A stretch of DNA of 64,000 nucleotides, from contig JAZLDI010000002.1 in assembly GCA_045614665.1 (NCBI GenBank), positions 3,366 through 67,365 on the forward strand. The letters are read 5' to 3'. Origin of the DNA: Candidatus Enterousia sp. GTDB taxonomy: Bacteria > Pseudomonadota > Alphaproteobacteria > Rs-D84. Positions 9,722 through 17,757 of this stretch are shown here, piece by piece. A program made the position numbers and the translations under genes. Below the pieces are notes generated by a model that had not been told where the DNA came from, made no database searches, and saw only the letters and a list, made by a program, of their open reading frames with translations. Numbering within the stretch: the stretch's first letter is position 1; each line of letters starts with the position of its first letter.

Positions 9722-10081
9722 TTATTTTGTTAATTTAGCCAGGGCCAATTTCCCCAGAAATGCCGATTCGATATCACCCAACAGTGACAGATCGCCTTCG
9801 TTTAAATCATCATCGTTTTGCAATTTTTCAAGATATTCAATAATTATGTTGCACATCTTTACCAAATCTTTGCTTATCAATTTTGAATTTAATAAGTCAG
9901 GTTTAAATATATTTTTTTTATTTAATGCCATAAAGTGCGATTCGGCGATGTTGTCTGTAAATGTATCCAGGTCTTCGGTCAGGCGATCGTATAATAAATG
10001 TTCTGAATACGAATCGGTTGACCAATGATTTATTTTACAGGCGTATTTAAACGCGATTAAATGTTGCATAAGTATGTACAT
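9722..10081 (-). CDS. small ferritin-like/Dps-like four-helix protein (hypothetical)
   Basis: 119 aa from ATG 10081 (GGGGA upstream). INHWSTDSYSEHLLYDRLTEDLDTFTDNIAE resembles the Dps HW...H...D...E ferroxidase ligand pattern with a shortened first spacing. Confidence 0.35.
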   Translation of the reverse strand: MYILMQHLIAFKYACKINHWSTDSYSEHLLYDRLTEDLDTFTDNIAESHFMALNKKNIFKPDLLNSKLISKDLVKMCNIIIEYLEKLQNDDDLNEGDLSLLGDIESAFLGKLALAKLTK

Positions 10082-10271
10082 ATTGTCCCCTTTTTTTTGT
10101 TTGTGTATGTGTGTATAAAATATCAATTTTTTATATCTAAAAATACAGGCGTCTGTTCCTACGCTATACGCATAAAATCCGCCGTTTTTTAGGTAATCAT
10201 ACCTGACGAAAAATAAGGCTTTTTATTATACAATATGTTGCGTAACCATAAGGAACAAAAGGAGACCTCTT

Positions 10272-10823
10272 ATGAAAAACGCAATGAAAAAAATGTTTAT
10301 GTTTGCATCTGTATTGGGTGCCGCGGTACTGTTAAGTGCTTGTGCGGGATGTCCAGAAAAGAAGGCGCATCATCATAGAAAGGCGGTATATGCACAGCCA
10401 GTTGAATTGATTGAAAGTGATACGGTTGTGGTATATCAGACATATGAAAATGCAGATGTTGATAAAGTTTATGCAAAAATGTACACGCGTAGCAGTCACG
10501 GTGGTACATCTTATATGGGGCATATCAAATTCCACGATACGGATAATGGCCTAAAAATGGTTGTTGATTTGAAAGATCTGCGTCCGGGTGTTCCGTATAC
10601 CATCAAGTTGGCTAAGTGTGGCGTATGTGAATATGAAGAAACGGGTTGTTGTAATAAAACGCCGATTAATGTTAAATTGCCAATGCTTGAAACAGGTATG
10701 AGCCGCAAATTAGACCAGACATTTATGATTCAGGGTATGAGTGCTGCACAATTAAATGGTGCAAAAATCTGGCTGGAACGTGATGGTGGTTATAAGGCCG
10801 GATGGGGTAAATTAGAAAAATAA
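10272..10823 (+). CDS. lipoprotein with degenerate Cu,Zn-superoxide-dismutase-like (SodC-like) fold
   Basis: AAGGAG RBS and lipobox LLSACAGC. GHIKFHDTDNGLKMVVDLKDLRPGVPYTIKLAKCGVC aligns by eye to the SodC block G.V.I.ETD.GL......LK.L.PGEHGFHIH..G.C, but the metal-binding His residues are replaced. Confidence 0.45.
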   Translation: MKNAMKKMFMFASVLGAAVLLSACAGCPEKKAHHHRKAVYAQPVELIESDTVVVYQTYENADVDKVYAKMYTRSSHGGTSYMGHIKFHDTDNGLKMVVDLKDLRPGVPYTIKLAKCGVCEYEETGCCNKTPINVKLPMLETGMSRKLDQTFMIQGMSAAQLNGAKIWLERDGGYKAGWGKLEK

Positions 10824-10846
10824 TACTTTTGGTGATGCATAAACAT

Positions 10847-10877
10847 AAATCCCGGGTTTTTCTCCGGGATTTATTTT
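10847..10877 (+). terminator. rho-independent terminator
   Basis: AAATCCCGG/CCGGGATTT hairpin followed by a T-rich run. Confidence 0.65.
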
Positions 10878-10886
10878 GTTTTTGCT

Positions 10887-12425
10887 TTGGGATTGATTTC
10901 TTATATGCTAGTGTTTGAAATCAGAGAAAAGATTTTGGACAACATAGCATACGATATTTATGGTACGGTTGTTAAAGACACTACTTATCTTATGGATAAA
11001 GATGTGGTGGTTCATTCGTATGCAGAATTTAATGTGCCGGATATTGTTTTGGTTGGATCGCGTGTTCTAGAAAATTCTGGTGATATATTTGTTTCTGGTC
11101 AGATTGAGCTTTGTGATAATTGTCGGCTTGAAATCTATAACCGTGGCGCTTTTAATGCGTCCTTTAAATTGGGAAATAACGCAAGTGTTGTTCAAGTTGT
11201 TTCTGATGATAAGGATTTGAGGGCAATAGATTTTAATGTTGATTACGATGTCCTGGTTGTTAATGCAGATGGTATAAATTTGTCAGATGTTATGCACCTG
11301 GGGGATGCGGCACACAAGATTTATTTGCGCGATTCGTTTGTTCTGTGGGATGTTGGGGATATCAATTCGTATAATATTAGTCTGGATGGGGATATTAGGT
11401 TGGGGCTTGATAATATCGAATCGGTTTTGAATGTGCCAATTTTGATGAATGTATCCCCGGATACTTATGTTCAGGTCGTGTCTGGCGGACTGGTAAACCC
11501 ATTGTTTGCGATGAAGACGTTTGTTGAAAAAGATAATACCTATGTCAGGTTTGTTCGGGAAACAGATTACACAAAATTCCTTGATTATAATCTTGGGGGA
11601 TTTATAAATTCGCTGCGTGGTAATGGTGAAGCAGATGAATTGGTTGTGGCATTGGATAATGCGTTATCAATGGATGATATAAATAAAATAATGGCGGATT
11701 CTGTGCGTATAGCGCCAATAAATATGACGAATGCGGTGATGGCGTTTAATATGTTAGATATGAATTATTTTAATTATGAAAACACATTTGATGCCACTTA
11801 TATGTTGTTCGAGGATACGGCGGTTTATGGTGCCGCGGTGCGTGGTGGTGTAAATGTTGGTCAAATGGATGCAGGGATTGGGATTTACGTTAATCTGTTA
11901 AATGCTACCGATTTGTTTGAAGAATATTCAGGCCTTATGATTGGTGCGAATTTAATGGGTAAATATGAAAATGATTTTGGGTTCTTGCGCGGGAAGGTTG
12001 GTGGAAATATGACGCGTTTTGATGTGTCGAATGTATTTGATGGGACCAAATCTGTTGATAATCCAGTGAGCTATTCGTTATATGGTGCGATTGATGCAGG
12101 ACATAATTTTAGACCGATAAGTAATTTATCCGTCGCGCCATATGTTGGAATTGGCACAAATCATATAGAAATATTGCGTGATGCGGAAACAGAGTATTTT
12201 GGGCGTATTGGTACGGATGTTAATTATATCTTTGAAATGTTGGGAATAAAATATGAGTATGGTGTGCGCTTTGGCTTGGGGACAAATGGGGATTTTATTG
12301 TTGGGGGTCGTGCGCGTTTTATGTCTGATATGGATATGATTGGTGGACACATTGGAATTGATTGCATAGATAATCAAAAAGGGCGGGGATATAAAATCGC
12401 CGCCGGTATAGATGTAAAATTTTAA
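10887..12425 (+). CDS. autotransporter-like outer-membrane beta-barrel domain protein without recognisable signal peptide (start uncertain; possibly a 5'-truncated remnant)
   Basis: The C-terminal ~250 aa show amphipathic beta-strand alternation and end in GYKIAAGIDVKF (terminal Phe). The N-terminal half has a beta-helix-like V/D/N-rich repeat character. No signal peptide follows TTG 10887 or ATG 10905. Confidence 0.4.
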   Translation: MGLISYMLVFEIREKILDNIAYDIYGTVVKDTTYLMDKDVVVHSYAEFNVPDIVLVGSRVLENSGDIFVSGQIELCDNCRLEIYNRGAFNASFKLGNNASVVQVVSDDKDLRAIDFNVDYDVLVVNADGINLSDVMHLGDAAHKIYLRDSFVLWDVGDINSYNISLDGDIRLGLDNIESVLNVPILMNVSPDTYVQVVSGGLVNPLFAMKTFVEKDNTYVRFVRETDYTKFLDYNLGGFINSLRGNGEADELVVALDNALSMDDINKIMADSVRIAPINMTNAVMAFNMLDMNYFNYENTFDATYMLFEDTAVYGAAVRGGVNVGQMDAGIGIYVNLLNATDLFEEYSGLMIGANLMGKYENDFGFLRGKVGGNMTRFDVSNVFDGTKSVDNPVSYSLYGAIDAGHNFRPISNLSVAPYVGIGTNHIEILRDAETEYFGRIGTDVNYIFEMLGIKYEYGVRFGLGTNGDFIVGGRARFMSDMDMIGGHIGIDCIDNQKGRGYKIAAGIDVKF

Positions 12426-12430
12426 TTTAT

Positions 12431-13738
12431 TTATTTGATAAATTTACCGCGCAAGGATGCCTTGTTCGCGGCGGTAATTTCAATGTTTGCCAGTGTTGGT
12501 GTGTCATCCCCTGTGTCTGGGCGGGCAACAATACATTGTTGCATATATGGTGTGCGATAGACTAAGTGGCAACCGGTTTTGTCGGTTCCTTCACACAGAC
12601 AGGACAGGGTTTTTCCCACGCAACTTTCGTTAAAGGCACGTTGTATTTCATTTAATGTCGTGTCCAGGATTGCCAGGCGCGCTGATTTAATATTTTCTGG
12701 GATTTGATCAGGCATAATTGCAGCAGCGGTATGGGGACGCGGTGAATATTTAAAGCAGTATGAATTGATATATCCAACACGTTTAGCAATATCGACCGTT
12801 TGTTCAAAATCCGAATCGGTTTCACCGGGAAATCCAACAATAAAATCAGACGAGATTTGAATGTCGTTACGCGCATTGCGTAATTTGTTTATTATGTCCA
12901 TATATTGTTCTAAATCATAAGGGCGGTTCATGCGACGCAGAACGTCTGGGGCGCCACTTTGGATTGGCATATTTAAAAACGGTAATAATTTTGGTTCTGT
13001 TGCGAACATAGAAATTAGATCGTCAGTCATTTCGGTTGGGTAACTGGATGTGAAACGTATGCGCATGATTTCTGGGATTTTTGCGGCCTCTTTGATTAAA
13101 TCAGACAGACGGTATGTGTGTCCGTTTTCGTCTGTGTATTTATATCCGTTTACGTTTTGCCCCAGGAAACAAATTTCCACCGCACCAGTTTTAGCCGCGT
13201 GAATTGTGTCGCGTACACAGTCTTCAAATTTGCGAGAAATTTCGCGGCCACGTGTGTATGGGACGATGCAGTATGTGCAACAATGATTGCAACCCTCTTG
13301 GATTGGAATATATGAAACCGTTGGCGATTTTACCATCTGGGGCAGGGAATCAAATTTTTCCAGGCCACCTAAATCAATATTCAATAATTTGGCATCTGGA
13401 TTATTCAGAATTTCTGGTAGCTTGTGATAACTTTGTGGTCCCAAAACAAAGTTTAAATCGGGTACACGACGAAAAGCATCTGCGCCCGATTCGCGCGCAA
13501 CGCACCCAACAATCCCCATCAAAGCAGATGTTTTTTTTGCACGTCTGATGCGTCCTAGGGCGGAATAGACCTTGTCTGTTGCCTTGGCGCGAACCGCACA
13601 TGTATTTAGGATGATTATGTCGGCATCTGAAACATCGTCTGTATGCATGAAACCGTGGTGTTCCAGCATTGTTGCAATGCGCCAGCCGTCATAAACATTC
13701 ATCTGACAGCCAAAAGTTTGAATAAAGAATTTTTTCAT
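12431..13738 (-). CDS. miaB: tRNA-2-methylthio-N6-dimethylallyladenosine synthase MiaB
   Basis: 435 aa. N-terminal FIQTFGCQMNVYD, radical-SAM motif CNHCCTYC and a C-terminal TRAM-like region. Confidence 0.9.
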   Translation of the reverse strand: MKKFFIQTFGCQMNVYDGWRIATMLEHHGFMHTDDVSDADIIILNTCAVRAKATDKVYSALGRIRRAKKTSALMGIVGCVARESGADAFRRVPDLNFVLGPQSYHKLPEILNNPDAKLLNIDLGGLEKFDSLPQMVKSPTVSYIPIQEGCNHCCTYCIVPYTRGREISRKFEDCVRDTIHAAKTGAVEICFLGQNVNGYKYTDENGHTYRLSDLIKEAAKIPEIMRIRFTSSYPTEMTDDLISMFATEPKLLPFLNMPIQSGAPDVLRRMNRPYDLEQYMDIINKLRNARNDIQISSDFIVGFPGETDSDFEQTVDIAKRVGYINSYCFKYSPRPHTAAAIMPDQIPENIKSARLAILDTTLNEIQRAFNESCVGKTLSCLCEGTDKTGCHLVYRTPYMQQCIVARPDTGDDTPTLANIEITAANKASLRGKFIK

Positions 13739-13743
13739 CGTTT

Positions 13744-13914
13744 TTATTTCTTTTTTGTGTGTTCGCTGCGAATTTTTCGTTTTTGCTGTGTGCGAATTGC
13801 TTCGACTTGTTTGTATGTGCGTTTAATGTTTGTTGGTGTTTCTGGTACCTCCACCGTGCCGTAGCGAACACCAGTGATAGAGTTGTCTTCAATAACTGTA
13901 ATTACTTTTGCCAT
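13744..13914 (-). CDS. hypothetical small basic protein (56 aa)
   Basis: Below the ORF-track cutoff; I translated it by hand as MAKVITVIEDNSITGVRYGTVEVPETPTNIKRTYKQVEAIRTQQKRKIRSEHTKKK. A strong AAGGAG sits 7 nt upstream. Packed between the 72-aa ORF and miaB with a 5-nt gap. Confidence 0.45.
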   Translation of the reverse strand: MAKVITVIEDNSITGVRYGTVEVPETPTNIKRTYKQVEAIRTQQKRKIRSEHTKKK

Positions 13915-13926
13915 TTTATACTCCTT

Positions 13927-14145
13927 TTATATTTTTTTGGTATGTGTGTGTTTGAATTGATGTTGGATTTGGCGATACTGTGCATTGCAATTGCGCCATG
14001 CGTTTTTTGCGGCGTATTCACGTTCGCGGGCGCGTACTTGGATACGTGCTTCATCTGTTTTCATTTCGTTTAAGATATGCAACATTGAATACACTTCAAC
14101 CTCGCTTTGTTTTATTAGTTTAAGAGCCAAGTCTTGTATGGTCAT
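13927..14145 (-). CDS. hypothetical small helical protein (72 aa)
   Basis: The ORF starts 9 nt after the gatB stop. Helical, charged sequence with a basic tail HTHTKKI. No recognisable motif and no clear SD. Confidence 0.3.
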   Translation of the reverse strand: MTIQDLALKLIKQSEVEVYSMLHILNEMKTDEARIQVRAREREYAAKNAWRNCNAQYRQIQHQFKHTHTKKI

Positions 14146-14154
14146 AGATATCTG

Positions 14155-15675
14155 TTATGCCAATTTCTTGCGCAGGATTTCATTTACAACACCTGGGTTG
14201 GCGGTGCCACCGGTTGCCTTCATGACATTGCCAACAAAGAATCCCAGCAATCCCACTTTACCAGATTTGTATTGTTCAACCTGGGCCGGATTTTTGGCGA
14301 TAACTTCGTCAACGATTGATTCAATCGCACCTGTGTCGGTCATTTGTTTCATACCGAATTTATCTGCAATTTCACGCGGAGAACCTTCTTCGCCATCCAA
14401 CATTTTGATAAATATTTCCTTGGCCTGTTTTCCGTTGATTGTATTTTCGCCCAACATATCAACCAGTTCGGCCAAATCAGATGGTGTGATTATACGCATT
14501 CCGTCCACAGTACCCGATTTTTCATTTTTTACATCCCAGTTTTCTGGGTGTGCAAATAATTCGCTTATCATCCAGTTGGCAAGCCCCTTGGCACGGGATG
14601 CTTTGCTATTTACAGCCGTATCGTACCATTTAGATATATCAGTTGTTTCAGTCAGACGCGCCGCATCATATTCAGAAAGCCCGAAATCATGCGTATAGCG
14701 CGTGCGTGTGGCCGATGGAAGTTCTGGCATCGTTGCGCGAATTCGTTCAATTGTTTCGTCGTCAATTTCAACTGGTAATAAATCTGGGTCTGGAAAATAA
14801 CGATAATCCAGTGCGTCTTCTTTACTGCGCATTACGGATGTTGTGCCGTCACCTTGATTATAGCGCATTGTGTCCTGGGTTACTGTGCCGTCGTTTTCGT
14901 AGGCCTCGATTTGACGACGTGCCTCGTATTCAATGGCAGATTTAATGAATTTAAATGAAACCATATTTTTTGTTTCGGTACGTGTGCGAAATTCGGTTGA
15001 GCCCACCGGACGGACAGATACATTTACGTCGGCACGCATAGAGCCTTCTTCCATATTTGCTTTGGATACACCCAGGGCGCGTGCAATTTCACGAATTTCA
15101 CGCAGGTAGCGTTCGGCCTCGTCCGGGGATGAGATATATGAATTGTTTTCCGGATTTTTTACGTCCAGGAATGTAACAATTTCAAGCAGGGCAACGCCCG
15201 TACGGTTATAGTCCGCAAAGGATTTTGATGGGTGAACATCGTGTTTTAATTTGCCGGCATCCTGTTCCAGATGGGCGCGTTCAATAAATATCTTCTTGGG
15301 TTTGCCGTCGTCACCCATAATTTCTACCCATCCGCGACCAACAACGGGCGCCTCGTCGGCGGGTTGTGAAATCTGATACCCCTGGGGCAGGTCAGGGTAA
15401 AAATACTGTTTGCGTGCAAAACGACTGTGACGTGAAATTTCAGCGTTTATCCCCAGTCCAAATTTGATGGCCTGTTCAACGCAATATTGGTTTAATACCG
15501 GCAGCATACCGGGCATTGCAACGTCAACCATTGAAACCTGGGTGTTTGGAGAAACGGTTGGGTTGTAGTCGGCGGATGCGCCACTAAATAATTTCGAATT
15601 GGACAGTACTTCGATATGTGTTTCAAGTCCGATTACCAGTTCCCAATCACACGTTTTGCCTTTTATTGTAAACAT
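14155..15675 (-). CDS. gatB: Asp-tRNA(Asn)/Glu-tRNA(Gln) amidotransferase subunit B
   Basis: 506 aa. N-terminal DWELVIGLETHIEV and PGMLPVLN motifs, plus a C-terminal YqeY-like tail. Confidence 0.92.
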   Translation of the reverse strand: MFTIKGKTCDWELVIGLETHIEVLSNSKLFSGASADYNPTVSPNTQVSMVDVAMPGMLPVLNQYCVEQAIKFGLGINAEISRHSRFARKQYFYPDLPQGYQISQPADEAPVVGRGWVEIMGDDGKPKKIFIERAHLEQDAGKLKHDVHPSKSFADYNRTGVALLEIVTFLDVKNPENNSYISSPDEAERYLREIREIARALGVSKANMEEGSMRADVNVSVRPVGSTEFRTRTETKNMVSFKFIKSAIEYEARRQIEAYENDGTVTQDTMRYNQGDGTTSVMRSKEDALDYRYFPDPDLLPVEIDDETIERIRATMPELPSATRTRYTHDFGLSEYDAARLTETTDISKWYDTAVNSKASRAKGLANWMISELFAHPENWDVKNEKSGTVDGMRIITPSDLAELVDMLGENTINGKQAKEIFIKMLDGEEGSPREIADKFGMKQMTDTGAIESIVDEVIAKNPAQVEQYKSGKVGLLGFFVGNVMKATGGTANPGVVNEILRKKLA

Positions 15676-15689
15676 TTTGTCTTTTTCCC

Positions 15690-15718
15690 TTGCTTTTTTG
15701 TTTTTAGTATCTTATTAT
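15690..15718 (+). promoter_or_regulatory. sigma70-type promoter for tRNA-Phe
   Basis: TTGCTT (15690-15695), 17-nt spacer, TATTAT (15713-15718). Lies 12 nt upstream of the tRNA. Confidence 0.5.
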
Positions 15719-15730
15719 TTGTCCCGCGTT

Positions 15731-15806
15731 GGCTAGGTAGCTCAGTTGGTAGAGCAAGGGACTGAAAATCCCTGTGTCGGCGGTTCGATTCCGTCCCTAG
15801 CCACCA
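15731..15806 (+). tRNA. tRNA-Phe (anticodon GAA), CCA encoded
   Basis: 76-nt cloverleaf. Acceptor GGCTAGG/CCTAGCC, anticodon arm AGGGA-CTGAAAA-TCCCT, T-arm GGCGG-TTCGATT-CCGTC. On the strand opposite the flanking gatA and gatB. Confidence 0.9.
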
Positions 15807-15831
15807 TTTTTATTACCACTTCTTTTAAAGC

Positions 15832-15854
15832 GGCCGTTTTTACGGTCATTTTTT
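15832..15854 (+). terminator. terminator hairpin after tRNA-Phe
   Basis: GGCCGT-TTTT-ACGGTC stem-loop followed by a T6 run. Overlaps the gatA stop on the other strand. Confidence 0.45.
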
Positions 15855-17319
15855 ATTTCCCCATAATTGTTGTTGGGCGGTTGTCAATGTTGGCCGCGGT
15901 TTCAATGTGTTTCGCCAATTGTAAAACACGCATATCGTCAAAGCGATTTCCTACAACCTGCATCCCCAATGGCAGACCATTTTGTGCCAGGCCGCATGGT
16001 ACACTGCATGCCGGGACACCGGCCAAATTCATCGCGACCGTGAATAAATCCAGTGCATAGAATTCTAATGGTGATAATCCAGCATCTAATGGCATTGCTG
16101 TGCCTGCGGATGATGGGCATACAATTAAATCACATTCTGTGAATGCTTTGTTAAAACTGTCCGATATCATGCGACGAACACGGGCGGCCTGCATAAAGTA
16201 TACATCATAAGATTGGCTGCTTAATACGGCGGTGCCGATAATCATACGACGTTTAACCTCGTCACCAAAGCCGGCGGCACGTGATTTTTTGAATGTATCA
16301 TAGATGTCACGCCCCTCGACCCGCAGGCCATAGCGCATACCATCATAACGAGCCAGGTTGGATGAGGCCTCGGCCGGAGCAATGATATAATATGCCGCCA
16401 ATGCATCCAGGATGTTTGGAATTGAAACCTCTACGATTTCGGCGCCCATTGATTTAAGGTCACCAATGCGTTTTTCAAATAATGTTTTCATATCATCTGA
16501 AATTTTAACGTCATTAAATTCTTTGATTATACCAACACGTAATTTTTTACCGTCGCCCAATACCGGTTCCAGTGGCGTGGTACAGGTAAATCCATTTGTA
16601 CTGCTGGTTGAATCCTTAGGATCATGACCCGCCATGGCGGACAGCATTAATGCGGCGTCGTCAACCGTGCGTGCGATTGGGCCCGGTGTGTCAAGGCTGG
16701 ACGCAAATGCGACACATCCCCAACGTGAACACAGACCGTATGTTGGCTTCATCCCAACCATACCTGTAATTGCCGCCGGGAAACGAATTGAACCACCCGT
16801 GTCGGTTCCGGTCGCTGCAATGGCAAGCCCACTAGCCACGGCCGATGTTGAGCCACCCGATGAACCACCAGCGGTTAAATGTTTTTCTATTTGCCATGGG
16901 TTGACAGGGGCGCCAAAGTATGACGTCTTGCTGAATGTGCCCATTGCGAATTCGTCCAGGTTGGCCTTGCCCAATAATACCGTGCCGGCATCAATGAATT
17001 TTTGTGAAACGGTCGATTCGTATTCGGGAATAAAATTTTCCAACATGCGTGATGCGGCGGTTGTGCGGATGCCGCGTGTGGCAAATAAATCTTTCATCGC
17101 GATTGGTGCGCCGTCCAATAATTTAGCGTCGCCCGCTGCCCGTCGTGCATCGGAAGCAGCTGCGTCCATCATCGCACGTTCTGGTGTTGTGGTGATATAG
17201 CAATTTAAATCCGCACCATATTTTTCAATACGATCCAGATACGCGCGTGTTAATTCAACCGCAGAAATGTCACCGTTGTTAAGTTTTTGTAAGCATTCAG
17301 TCAGTGTCAGGTTTATCAT
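15853..17319 (-). CDS. gatA: Asp-tRNA(Asn)/Glu-tRNA(Gln) amidotransferase subunit A
   Basis: 488 aa with the amidase signature GGSSGGS and surrounding conserved blocks. Confidence 0.92.
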   Translation of the reverse strand: MINLTLTECLQKLNNGDISAVELTRAYLDRIEKYGADLNCYITTTPERAMMDAAASDARRAAGDAKLLDGAPIAMKDLFATRGIRTTAASRMLENFIPEYESTVSQKFIDAGTVLLGKANLDEFAMGTFSKTSYFGAPVNPWQIEKHLTAGGSSGGSTSAVASGLAIAATGTDTGGSIRFPAAITGMVGMKPTYGLCSRWGCVAFASSLDTPGPIARTVDDAALMLSAMAGHDPKDSTSSTNGFTCTTPLEPVLGDGKKLRVGIIKEFNDVKISDDMKTLFEKRIGDLKSMGAEIVEVSIPNILDALAAYYIIAPAEASSNLARYDGMRYGLRVEGRDIYDTFKKSRAAGFGDEVKRRMIIGTAVLSSQSYDVYFMQAARVRRMISDSFNKAFTECDLIVCPSSAGTAMPLDAGLSPLEFYALDLFTVAMNLAGVPACSVPCGLAQNGLPLGMQVVGNRFDDMRVLQLAKHIETAANIDNRPTTIMGK

Positions 17320-17753
17320 TTTTGTTTTCCGTTTTGTTTACAATAATGTTGTGGATACAGTGCCGCGCCCAATGTGTTTTTTATAAATTCATCGGTGCAT
17401 TTTCCGGCGCGCAAATTGCGCGCGCAGTGTTTTAACTTTGATACATCGTCCATTTTTCGGATTGTTTTTTTGCATTGTGGATATACGTCGCAATAGAATA
17501 GGTTGCTTAAATCCAATGTAGAATAACGGGGACCAAAGCCAGGTATTTGACCAAATCGTACTTGGTCTGTGTGTTCTAAACTTAATGTTTTTATGCATGC
17601 ATTTGGTGTAACATTGTTTGTATTGAATGCATCCATTATGCTGTTGGCCACTTCAACCGATATTGCGCCCAGATTAACAATGGTGGTTGGTAATTGTTCA
17701 TACGGTTCGTATGCTACAAAATTCACGTATACAAGTTGATTGGGGACGGGCAT
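17316..17753 (-). CDS. hypothetical Cys-containing protein (145 aa) inserted between gatC and gatA
   Basis: Its stop overlaps the gatA start (ATGA). It starts 4 nt after the upstream ORF. No motif recognised; six Cys in the C-terminal half. Confidence 0.5.
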   Translation of the reverse strand: MPVPNQLVYVNFVAYEPYEQLPTTIVNLGAISVEVANSIMDAFNTNNVTPNACIKTLSLEHTDQVRFGQIPGFGPRYSTLDLSNLFYCDVYPQCKKTIRKMDDVSKLKHCARNLRAGKCTDEFIKNTLGAALYPQHYCKQNGKQK

Positions 17754-17757
17754 TGTT

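Noticed and set aside
13985-17200. Plus-strand ORFs of 188-237 aa antisense to gatB and gatA (13985-14698, 16634-17200, among others). Similar antisense ORFs lie in parE (33764-34177), uvrC (37625-38488), fba (45316-45904), sufC/sufB and the AI-2E transporter.
   Set aside because: Each lies wholly inside a gene with unmistakable conserved motifs on the other strand, and each has a low-complexity or hydrophobic nonsense-like translation.
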